Assembly: GCA_963833575.1 (NCBI GenBank)
Contig: CAWHXY010000004.1
Coordinates: 704,001-768,000 of the forward strand
Direction of reading: 5' to 3'
DNA length: 64,000 bases
Source of the DNA: Candidatus Bathyarchaeota archaeon
GTDB lineage: Archaea > Thermoproteota > Bathyarchaeia > Bathyarchaeales > Bathycorpusculaceae
The notes beneath the pieces are model-generated. The model saw nothing but the letters and a program-made list of their open reading frames with translations, searched no databases and was not told where the DNA came from. Position numbers and translations under genes: made by a program. This document shows, piece by piece, positions 40,506 through 49,192 of the stretch (position 1 is its first letter; each line of letters begins with the position of its first letter).

Positions 40506-40700
40506 ACCTGTTTGGAGTTAACTGATTAGCTTTTGAGTGTTGAGGGTTTGTTTAAAACTTTGCCGACTCTGCAAAGAAGATTTTGATATTCCTTGGCTCA
40601 AAAAAGAAATAGATGGCTCTACAAGATAATTAGTGGTTTACAGAATAAATTCAGCCTGTTGGAAACATTTTTACATCGCAGACGCAATCGTTGTATCTAA

Positions 40701-40822
40701 GCCGGGGTGGCGGAGTGGTTATCGCGCCAGCCTCGAGATCTAACAAAAGAGGGCTAAGCCAAAAGGCAAGTTAGCTGGTGGGCTTCGCGCCCGCAGGGGT
40801 TCGAATCCCTTCCCCGGCGCCA
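40701..40822 (+). tRNA. tRNA-Ser(CGA) with 35-nt intron at 37/38 (40738-40772)
   Basis: GCCGGGG/CCCCGGC acceptor stem, CCAGC-CTCGAG|A-GCTGG anticodon arm, long variable arm GGGCTTCGCGCCC, TTCGAAT, encoded CCA. Confidence 0.93.
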
Positions 40823-41038
40823 ATTATAGAAATAGCCATCAAATGCAAACGCGCTTAAGCGTTGGTGTTGACTGGCGTTAATTCGTTTTTAATAAGAAAA
40901 CAATCAGGTGAATAAACATTCTTTTGATTCAAGTAAGTAATTACCTATTTTGCAAGTTTTCTTTCATTGCGGTTATTCTTGCATGTATTGACAGCCTTAA
41001 CTTGCTATTTTTTCATACAAATTCGTTTTGTAAAATAA

Positions 41039-41158
41039 GGGTTTGCTGAGGCTCCGGAAAAAATCTTTTCTTTTAGGAGAAAAAGAAAAAATGCAAATTT
41101 CTTTTTTCACGATCCTATGTCACGCATCGTGAATTTTAACCCGAGCCCACTCAGCCCC
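41039..41158. repeat. ~120-bp structured element, copy A
   Basis: GGGTTTGCTGAGGCTC...GAGCCCACTCAGCCCC with inner TTCACGAT-N12-ATCGTGAA; differs from copy D at 2 positions. Confidence 0.95.
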
Positions 41159-41300
41159 AATTTACTACTAAAATAGTTAGAAACTAAAAGGGGAAATGAG
41201 TTTTTTTCAGCATTCTAATGGTCGTTACTGTAGCAAATTTCATGGTATTCTTTCCCCTTTTTCTCTTTTGCAAGGTTAGCGATATCTCTTTATAAGATTT
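41159..41300 (-). pseudogene. Internally deleted remnant of a beta-propeller surface-protein gene
   Basis: TATA-like TTATAAAG, purine-rich RBS and ATG AAA TTT GCT ACA G joined directly to AACGACCAT and a 3' trailer matching that of the 56252 gene. Confidence 0.6.
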
Positions 41301-41413
41301 TGCAAAGACTTGCCCTATTTAGCTATTTCATTAATCAGATAAAGCAAAACAATTAAAATAAGAGCAATTTATCACGGATCATTTTATTAACTCAAAAGTG
41401 TAAGCTTCTGGGT

Positions 41414-42118
41414 ATGGCACTCCACAAAAAGGGTCAGACTCAGAGAAAAGAAAATAATTCAATAACAAATAAACAGCAGAGAGTCTGCGAGCGGGTAATC
41501 TCTAATTTCTTAATGATGAGTGCATCAACTTTAGAAGTGCCAGTGCAAAAAGACCAGCTTACTATTGCAGCAGCACAATTTACTGAAGCTCGTGACAGCT
41601 TAAATGCGCACATAAGAATCTCTATAAAAGAAAAAAGTATAGTTTTGGAAAAAGATAACGCGCAAACAACAGTTGATAGCAAGAATGGGAAACATTCACG
41701 AAGCACAAAAACAGTCTCAAAAGAAAAGAAAACGGTTGCCAAACCCAAAATACTAAAAGAAAAGAGCAAAAAAGAAGCTACGATTCAACTCTCAGAGGCA
41801 CCTTCACAAAGTCAGTGTGAAGAAATCATAACTAAATTCTTAGCAACAAAAAGTACAGAAACGCGAACAGCAATAATTCAGCAATTTACTGCTGCAGGAA
41901 TACCGATTGCAAACACAAACACCCAAACACAAACCAATAAAAACTGCATCGTACAAAGCGTAGAACTACATTTTAGCGAAGACAGCAAAAGGTCAGCCGT
42001 ACTTGAATTCATTAAAGCACGAGACAATATGAATGCGCAGATAAAAGTTCGCTTCTCCAAGCAAGGAGTAATCTTAATCAAAGTTGAAAACTCAACAAAA
42101 ACAGTGAAAGAAAACTGA
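41414..42118 (+). CDS. Hypothetical protein with an internally duplicated ~35-aa motif
   Basis: AAQFTEARDSLNAHIRI..IVLEKDN and AVLEFIKARDNMNAQIKV..VILIKVEN; true start possibly the MMSAS codon. Confidence 0.7.
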   Translation: MALHKKGQTQRKENNSITNKQQRVCERVISNFLMMSASTLEVPVQKDQLTIAAAQFTEARDSLNAHIRISIKEKSIVLEKDNAQTTVDSKNGKHSRSTKTVSKEKKTVAKPKILKEKSKKEATIQLSEAPSQSQCEEIITKFLATKSTETRTAIIQQFTAAGIPIANTNTQTQTNKNCIVQSVELHFSEDSKRSAVLEFIKARDNMNAQIKVRFSKQGVILIKVENSTKTVKEN

Positions 42119-42241
42119 CTTTAACAACATACAGTGGATTAACTAAATTTTTAAGTTTCTTGTAACACAACTTACTCTTTGAATAATAGAAGAGTAATCA
42201 TAAACTTGATATGCAGGTAATTAGTTTCTTAAACAGTTAAG

Positions 42242-42363
42242 GGGTTTGCTGAGGCTCCGGAAAAAAAATTTTTTCTTTTAGGAGAAAAAGAAAAATGCAA
42301 ATTTCTTTCTTCACGATCCTATGTCACGTATCGTGAATTTTTAACCCGAGCCCACTCAGCCCC
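42242..42363. repeat. ~120-bp structured element, copy B
   Basis: Same element, 70 bp past the stop of the 42434 gene; a few substitutions and homopolymer indels. Confidence 0.95.
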
Positions 42364-42433
42364 AATTTTTGCTTAAACTGTTTTTAAAGACTAAAAAAAG
42401 AAAAGGGAAAGTTGTTTCCATTTTTGCTTCACT

Positions 42434-45073
42434 TTATTGTCGTTTTCTGAGCAGTAGCATCGCGAGAACAGCGCCGATAATGATTATGATAATTATCGTT
42501 GCTATTCCTAAGCTCATGATGTATGACTGGGTTGATGCCAAGCTTATCGGTGTAGCTGTTGGTGCTGCTGTTGCTGCGGTGGTTGCGGTGAGATGTGTTT
42601 CAGAGTATGATGGATAGTACCCGTTTGTGCCTGCGAAAGTAGCATAAATTGTGTAGCTGCCTGGAATTGTGGGTGCCCATGTTAAGCTGTAGCTGCCGCT
42701 TGCGTCGGTTGTTGCGCTTCCGATGGCATAGTGGTTGCCGTTAGAGTCTAAGACTGCGAGCTGCACTGGAACTCCTGTGAAGTTTGTTGGTTCAGGTTGT
42801 TGTTGGTAAACATAGCCCATCCATTCACGCATGCTAGCGTCAGATGATACTGGAACTCCGTTTGGAAAATTACCAGCTACCTGTGTTTGCTTTGAGCCTG
42901 CGGCGATGTCTGTTACTGTGCCTTGTATGACTACGTTGGTTCCTGTATTCACGGTTGTAAGTGGTGCTTGGACTGTGGTTTGACTTGGGCCTCTGCCTAC
43001 AACGTAGATTTGGTTGTCATAGCCGTTGAACCACGTGTTGTAGCCGTCTGCCATAGCGTAGCTGAAGACCAAGAATTCACCCGTGTATCCTGAGATTGTC
43101 CAGATTTCTGCTCCGGTTGTAGCGTTGATTGCGCGGTGCAATCCTCCTTTGAATAGTGGTGATTCAGGTGTGTGTTCTGTTGTAACGAGGTAGACTACTC
43201 CGCTGCCGATAGCGTTAACGAATGTTGGATAGTGAGCGAAAGGTGTTTCTAGTCCTGAATTTGTGCTGTTGCCTTCGCCGCCGTTACCGTATGTCCATAG
43301 AAGAGTGCCAGTCTTTGTATCATAGCAGTAGACTATTCCAGCGTAAGCGCTGACGTACATGTTGCCATAACCGAATCCGTTAGCTAAACTGCCTGATGCT
43401 GGGCTGCCATAGTAGTCAAGGTATGCTTGAGCTGCAGTTGGACCCCAAAGCTTTGCACCTGTATCCAAGCTATATCCTACGTACTGCGAAGTTTCCCTAT
43501 AGTTTTCGGTGAAGACGCGGTTTACTGGGTCAATCCCTGCTGCTAGGACAGTGATATTTCCTGCTGGTGGGTTAAGGGTTTCATGCCATATTATCGAACC
43601 GAGACTGCCGCTGCTTTGGGCAATGTTGATTGTGAAGTATGTGTATGGAGTCCAGCTTGCTGTCCCCATGAAGGTAGTGCCTATTGATGGTAGAGAGCCA
43701 GTGTAACCAAGCAGTATATCATTGGTTGCTCCGAGTTCAGTTACAGGGGCTGCAGTGTTCAGGTATGGTATGGAAACGTTAAAGTCGAACATTCTTGGAT
43801 CTGCTCCGTTAGTGATAGGTGGAATGACAGCAGGTGATGTTGATGCACCATTGTATTGACCAGTCCACAGTCGGGATGAGTTCCATTCTTGCAGATAGTA
43901 TTTTGGAGCGGTTGGAGTGCCAAGGTTGTTCAAGGTTAGTATTATGTGTTCACCGTTTGGACCGAGTATAGTTGTGCCTGAAGGAACGTTAGATACGTTG
44001 AACATTGGGTCGCCTGTGTAAGCATCAAAAGCTTGCCAAGATGACGTGAAAAGAATTGGTGGGTAAACTCCGTGTTGGTTAGAGTCTTGGACATCATAAA
44101 TGTAGGCGAATGACAGTGCAGGTACGTCGGTTCGAGACCAAATGAGTTGTCCTGTTTGCAAATTCACGCAGTCAGTTGGTCCGGTGCTGGCGCCGTTGAA
44201 TGATATTGGTTCAGTGTAGTACAAATATCCGTCAACAATTATTGGATTTTGGTATCTTTGATTGTACGCGGACCCCTCGAAGTATGAGTCTGCCACGATT
44301 GCAGTTTGGTTTCCTCCAACAATACCGCCCATTTGCAGGGGCTTGGTCCACATAACGTGGCTGGTAAGAGAGCCTACTAGGTCTCCTGCTCCGGCATATT
44401 GTTCACCGTTTCCTCCCATGTTAAAAGTATTAGCAAAGCCATAGTATCCTGGCGCACCGGTACCTAGCCAGTTTGATGAAATTGAGTACCAGTTGGTGTT
44501 ATATTGGTATATTGGTCGTGTCCAGTAGTTTGTTGGAAGAGGAGCTAATGGGTAATTGGAAATTGGTGAATTTTGAACGTTGAGAGTTGTCGAAGCACTG
44601 CTGGCTAAATAAGTGTCATTAGTGTATGCGCTTGGTCCAAAAGAGAAGGTGATAAATGACATAACGGGCTCAGTCCATGTGTATACCATTCCTGGGAAAC
44701 TGAAGGTAAGAGTGTACGTGCCAGTTTGGGTAGGCGTGAAGAAATAGTCCTGTGCTGATGTTGAATCCTGTACAATAGGCCAAGTTTGTGTTGTATTTGT
44801 ACCGTCAGGCGCAGTAATGATGAGTTTGTAGTTCTGGAATCGAATATCATTAGCTATTACTGCTCCATCTGGAACCAAGTTAAGCCACATGATAACTTCC
44901 ACTGATTGACCTGTGCCGACTGGGTTTGGTGAAGCATTAATGTAAGCGTAAGTTGGAATCTGCCAAGCAGGTGTGTGTGCGCTGGTAGATGGTAATAGCA
45001 TGACTGATGCCATCATTGAGATTGTTAAGAAGATAGCGATCGCAATAGATTTGGTTTTTAAATTTCTAGACAT
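42434..45073 (-). CDS. Secreted, C-terminally anchored PQQ-like beta-propeller surface protein (intact paralog)
   Basis: Signal peptide MSRNLKTK..SAHTP; repeats ending TG(Q/A/T)x(I/L)W; Ig-like C-terminal region; Thr/Ala linker, TM and RKRQ tail; AGGAG RBS before ATG at 45073. Confidence 0.88.
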   Translation of the reverse strand: MSRNLKTKSIAIAIFLTISMMASVMLLPSTSAHTPAWQIPTYAYINASPNPVGTGQSVEVIMWLNLVPDGAVIANDIRFQNYKLIITAPDGTNTTQTWPIVQDSTSAQDYFFTPTQTGTYTLTFSFPGMVYTWTEPVMSFITFSFGPSAYTNDTYLASSASTTLNVQNSPISNYPLAPLPTNYWTRPIYQYNTNWYSISSNWLGTGAPGYYGFANTFNMGGNGEQYAGAGDLVGSLTSHVMWTKPLQMGGIVGGNQTAIVADSYFEGSAYNQRYQNPIIVDGYLYYTEPISFNGASTGPTDCVNLQTGQLIWSRTDVPALSFAYIYDVQDSNQHGVYPPILFTSSWQAFDAYTGDPMFNVSNVPSGTTILGPNGEHIILTLNNLGTPTAPKYYLQEWNSSRLWTGQYNGASTSPAVIPPITNGADPRMFDFNVSIPYLNTAAPVTELGATNDILLGYTGSLPSIGTTFMGTASWTPYTYFTINIAQSSGSLGSIIWHETLNPPAGNITVLAAGIDPVNRVFTENYRETSQYVGYSLDTGAKLWGPTAAQAYLDYYGSPASGSLANGFGYGNMYVSAYAGIVYCYDTKTGTLLWTYGNGGEGNSTNSGLETPFAHYPTFVNAIGSGVVYLVTTEHTPESPLFKGGLHRAINATTGAEIWTISGYTGEFLVFSYAMADGYNTWFNGYDNQIYVVGRGPSQTTVQAPLTTVNTGTNVVIQGTVTDIAAGSKQTQVAGNFPNGVPVSSDASMREWMGYVYQQQPEPTNFTGVPVQLAVLDSNGNHYAIGSATTDASGSYSLTWAPTIPGSYTIYATFAGTNGYYPSYSETHLTATTAATAAPTATPISLASTQSYIMSLGIATIIIIIIIGAVLAMLLLRKRQ

Positions 45074-45252
45074 TTTTTTGTTTTCTCCTTTTTTCGATGC
45101 AAAGAGATTCAGGGTGTACATATTTAAAACTTTATAAAAACTTAGAATTTCCTCAAAAAGAATGCAAATCTAATAGTTAAAATGCATTTTTATAAGTTAT
45201 TGTAAAAAAACCATAACAAAAATCCGTAACACCAATTATGTGACAATACACG

Positions 45253-46296
45253 ATGAATTTAAATATAATGAAAAAGTACCATGAACTCAAACGAGGGATA
45301 ATAGTCCTAAACGAACCTGTTAGCGCAGTTCAGGCAAAAATTCTCAAAGAGTTGCTAGCAGATGGCCGCAAAACTGAAAACGAAATAGCCAAAAAAATCA
45401 GCCAAAAAAAAGAAGATGTTAAAAAGAATTTTGCTAAAATGCAAGAAAATGGAATAATCACGGGTGCAACAATACACATTAACTACAAAAAATTTGGCTA
45501 TAAGGCTGTTGCTCACATTCTAATCAATGTTGATCCGAAACAAGAAGATCAGCTAATTGAATGCCTGAAAAAAATGCCAGAGATCTATTCCTTCTATAGC
45601 AGAGGGATCAAAGGAAACATAGACGTTGTTACAACCCTCAAAACTCTTGAACAATTAAACGAAATTAAGGACAATATCAAAAGAGATTTTTCAATTTTAG
45701 AAATGAAAACCGCAATCTGGACAGACGTAAAAGAAATGAACGAAAACTTGGCAATAATTCCAGAGAATAGGAAAAACAAAATTCAAACAGATTATCTTCA
45801 AAGCAAGTCGCAAATAACCAGTAATTCTCAGAATATCGTTTTGGATAAGATCGACCAGAAAATTGCGGATAAATTGTCCGAGAATGGCCGATTGTCAATG
45901 GAGATCTTGGGCAAAGAATTAGATATTGCCCCTGAAATGGCCAAGAGAAGATATGAAAAACTCAAGAAGAATGGCCTCCTAAAGGTGACAATTCAAGTTA
46001 ACCCTACCAAAATAGGATACCAAGCCTTATGCGTCTTTTTCATCACAACTTCGAACGAAAACACATTTTTAATCATTAACAGAATCGGCAGAATACATGA
46101 CATAATAAGCATAATGAAAACGACAGGGGACTATGATCTTCAAATATACGCAATGATACAGGATCTCGATCAATTACTTTCTATTCGAGAAGAACTAGGC
46201 AAAATTCCTGGTATAATGAGAATGGACACAGAAATATTGCGGTTAGACAGATTGCAGAAATGGCCAAGCCCACGCCAGTACACATCAACTTTTTGA
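45253..46296 (+). CDS. Tandem double-unit Lrp/AsnC regulator
   Basis: Two wHTH+RAM units (KILKELLADGR; LDKIDQKI..NPTKIGY..TTGDYDL); ends WPSPRQYTSTF; start uncertain. Confidence 0.88.
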   Translation: MNLNIMKKYHELKRGIIVLNEPVSAVQAKILKELLADGRKTENEIAKKISQKKEDVKKNFAKMQENGIITGATIHINYKKFGYKAVAHILINVDPKQEDQLIECLKKMPEIYSFYSRGIKGNIDVVTTLKTLEQLNEIKDNIKRDFSILEMKTAIWTDVKEMNENLAIIPENRKNKIQTDYLQSKSQITSNSQNIVLDKIDQKIADKLSENGRLSMEILGKELDIAPEMAKRRYEKLKKNGLLKVTIQVNPTKIGYQALCVFFITTSNENTFLIINRIGRIHDIISIMKTTGDYDLQIYAMIQDLDQLLSIREELGKIPGIMRMDTEILRLDRLQKWPSPRQYTSTF

Positions 46297-46420
46297 TTAA
46301 ATCAACCAAAATAGCTAAGAATTTTGAAAAATAGTAATTTCATCTGAAAAAACAAGTAAAACAATAAGAAATCTTAAATTTCATGAATTATCAAAAGTTA
46401 GACAAAAGGGTAAAATTCGC

Positions 46421-47404
46421 GTGCATAAAATCAACGAACTTGATTCACAAATACTAAAAAAACTACTACAAGACGGGCGACGGGGCTATAACGAAATAGC
46501 TGAAGAACACAGAATTTCAGAAAACAAAGTTTGGAAGCGCTGCAGAGCAATGGAGCAAAAAGGCATAATTACTGGAGCAAGCGTTCAGATGAATTTTGGT
46601 CATTTTGGATTCGATGCACTTGTAACTTTGTTAATAAGTGTTGAAGCACAACAAATAGAAAAAGCTATGGAAACCATAAGTCAAGTAACTGACGTAAGAG
46701 CTTATCGGCAGTATAACAGCGTTTATAATATTCGAGCAGTAGCAACTCTCAAGGACCTAAACGAGTTAGATCATTTTAAGCAATTAATCAAACGAAAACT
46801 TCCCACGTTAGGTTTAAAATCTTATATTTGGACAGGGGTCAGAAATATTCCTGAAAACTTAAACCTGACCAATTCTTCCAATGCTTATGACGAAAACATT
46901 GAGCGAAATCAAAGCAACACAATCTCTATGCAAAATGAAGGATACCTAATTGATGAGTTGGACAAACTAATAGTTAACAAACTCACATCAGACGGGGAAA
47001 TGTCTTTTACCCGAATTGCCCAAGAAATGAAATTGTCAACGGACACAGTTTTGAAAAGATACTATAAGCTTAGAAAAAGCGGATCAATAAAAGTTTCAAT
47101 CCAAATTAATCCAAACAAAATTGGTTATAAATCGATCTTGGATTTTAATGTGGCTTTTACAACGCCCGGTAATTTCTCAGATGCGGTGATTGAATCATTG
47201 GCAAGAATACCAGACGTAATCATCATCACAAAAACTAGCGGCGACTTCGATTTGCAAGTGACAGCCATGATAAGAGATATTCCGCAATCTTTCACTATTC
47301 AAGATCAGATATCGAGAATTTACGGAATCACGAAAATTGAAACTAGCGCTAGAAAAATCCCCGACAAATGGCCGACGCCACAACAGTATATATCAACATT
47401 CTAA
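46421..47404 (+). CDS. Tandem double-unit Lrp/AsnC regulator
   Basis: Same architecture; ends WPTPQQYISTF. Confidence 0.88.
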   Translation: MHKINELDSQILKKLLQDGRRGYNEIAEEHRISENKVWKRCRAMEQKGIITGASVQMNFGHFGFDALVTLLISVEAQQIEKAMETISQVTDVRAYRQYNSVYNIRAVATLKDLNELDHFKQLIKRKLPTLGLKSYIWTGVRNIPENLNLTNSSNAYDENIERNQSNTISMQNEGYLIDELDKLIVNKLTSDGEMSFTRIAQEMKLSTDTVLKRYYKLRKSGSIKVSIQINPNKIGYKSILDFNVAFTTPGNFSDAVIESLARIPDVIIITKTSGDFDLQVTAMIRDIPQSFTIQDQISRIYGITKIETSARKIPDKWPTPQQYISTF

Positions 47405-47549
47405 ATAAGCATTTTTTCCAAAATAATTACTTTATTTACAGAGACAAATCATTTTGCTCCTAGGTTGTTGAGAAAATATTTTACCTTTTTTAGAAGCCCA
47501 TTAAGAATATTCTCGAAATAAAGCCACATAAAAATCTTAAGCGTAGTAG

Positions 47550-47655
47550 TGGTTTGCTTAGGCTCTTGAGTTGTTCCTTAGGAGAAAACGAGCAAAGGCA
47601 AATGTTCTATCATGATTGCAAACTATTATGATTAAGTCAAAGCCAACTGAGCCTC
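47550..47655. repeat. Diverged copy C of the structured element
   Basis: GGTTTGCTTAGGCTC..TTAGGAGAAAA..GCAAATGTTCT..TCATGAT-N8-ATTATGA..AGCCAACTGAGCCTCAATT is colinear with copies A/B/D and shows compensatory changes. Confidence 0.75.
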
Positions 47656-47936
47656 AATTCGTCCCTATTATGCGTTTAAGAACTGAAAAAAAGCGAAATA
47701 TTGGTTCTTGTTTAGAGTCAATACTCGGAAAATTTTTTCAGAATAATAGTAAAGAAACTAACCAGGGCCTACTTTTTAAGCAGACGTGTTTCCAATAATT
47801 GGGAACATCAAAAAAGAGAAATCGCAAGTTCATCGGGCATTATTATTAATTAAGATTTTTTTAGTCCAGTCGGTAAATTTGGGCAAGCGGCTGAGAAGCT
47901 TATTATTTAAGAATAGAATTAAATTCCGTGAGCTAA

Positions 47937-48413
47937 ATGGATGGTATCGTAGAAATAGATGATACTGATGAAAAGATTTTACATATATTGATCGAAGATG
48001 CGCATACAAGTTTAAAGGATATTGCGAAGGAATGCAATGTATCGTCCGTGTCTGTTTTAAATAGAATTAAGCGTTTGAAAAACCTTGGAGTGATTACGGG
48101 GGCAACACTCTTCACTGACCTTAGCTTAGTAGGGTTTCACATCGTTGCTACAATTGGAATGGAAACAGACTCAAATTCAGATGAAATCATTAGCTACTTC
48201 AAGCAAAATACATACTTGATCGAGCCAGCGACAAGTGTTGGTGAATATGACTTATGCGCTCTAATCTACGCCGAAAACATTTCGAACTTAAATGAAAAAA
48301 CTGAAGCAGTTAGAAAGCGATTTGGTATAAGAAAAGTAATAGTTAATGTTTGGTCAGGTATACCGCACATCACTTTTGAGAATATTGATCTGAACCCATT
48401 AAAAAAAGGTTGA
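47937..48413 (+). CDS. Lrp/AsnC regulator (N-half type)
   Basis: IDDTDEKIL..SLKDIAKECNVS..RIKRL..GVITGATL; ends VWSG..ENI like the N-halves of the tandem proteins. Confidence 0.88.
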   Translation: MDGIVEIDDTDEKILHILIEDAHTSLKDIAKECNVSSVSVLNRIKRLKNLGVITGATLFTDLSLVGFHIVATIGMETDSNSDEIISYFKQNTYLIEPATSVGEYDLCALIYAENISNLNEKTEAVRKRFGIRKVIVNVWSGIPHITFENIDLNPLKKG

Positions 48414-48416
48414 ATC

Positions 48417-48899
48417 ATGGATAAGATAGATTACCTAATATTTAGTGAACTGTTGAAAGACGCTTCTCTTTCATATGTTAAGATTTCACATAAATTAGGC
48501 ATCTCATCGTACACAGTCAGGAGACACTATGAAAAAATGAAAAAAGAAGGAGCAATCCAAAAATGCATCGTGTCTATTGACCTTTCAAAATTAGGCTATC
48601 AGGGAAAAGCATTATTATTAATCACTGTAGCTCCGAACAGCAATAAATCTGACACATTAGCTTACCTTAAGAAAATTAGAAATATTATGGTTATTACAGA
48701 AATAATTGGACCGTATGATATTATTGCAATTGCCCCCATTACGGACCTAAAAAATATTCAAACACTGGTTAAAGAGGTAAGAGAGGCCCCTTGTTTGCAA
48801 AGAGTTGAAATAGCATGTATAGATGACACGCATTTCCCAATAGGACCGAATTTTAACACTATACTTAGTCAAAGATGTTGCGCACTAGCAACAAAATGA
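48417..48899 (+). CDS. Lrp/AsnC regulator (C-half type)
   Basis: MDKIDYLI..TVRRHYEKMKKEG..KLGYQ..GPYDI; starts 3 nt after the previous stop. Confidence 0.88.
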   Translation: MDKIDYLIFSELLKDASLSYVKISHKLGISSYTVRRHYEKMKKEGAIQKCIVSIDLSKLGYQGKALLLITVAPNSNKSDTLAYLKKIRNIMVITEIIGPYDIIAIAPITDLKNIQTLVKEVREAPCLQRVEIACIDDTHFPIGPNFNTILSQRCCALATK

Positions 48900-49192
48900 G
48901 GCAAACTTGATATAGCAGTCAAAAGAAAAAACAAAAAACAATTTCTCTGGATTACGTCAGGTCTTTGATAAATATTCTTAGAGTTTGCTAAGAGAAAAAA
49001 ACGCAATTCTTGAAGGTAAGTATCTAAAAGTTGGGAAAAGATCCGGAAAATTTTGCAGGATAGGTTATTCCTCTTCGAAAAGCAGCTAAAATATGTTAGA
49101 GCGTACCATATTTTTAACTCAGTTTTCCTAACTTAATACTTTTAAATCAAAATGAGTCTCAAGCTGTGTATTTAGGTTAATTTTATATCTAA

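Noticed and set aside
40256-40525. ORFs 40256-40525 (+) and 40281-40493 (-) as proteins
   Set aside because: Runs of R, T, L and F are translations of the hairpin stems; no recognisable domain.
41039-41158. Outer stem of the element as a bulge-helix-bulge splicing substrate on the - strand (3-nt bulges on opposite arms, correct polarity)
   Set aside because: The best fold has a 5-6 bp central helix rather than 4 bp, and the wobble pattern favours the + strand, where bulge polarity is wrong.
48976-49012. Possible fifth, truncated copy of the element (GAGTTTGCTAAG-AGAAAAAAACGCAATTCTT)
   Set aside because: Too short and A-rich to distinguish from chance by eye; the right arm and inner stem are missing.
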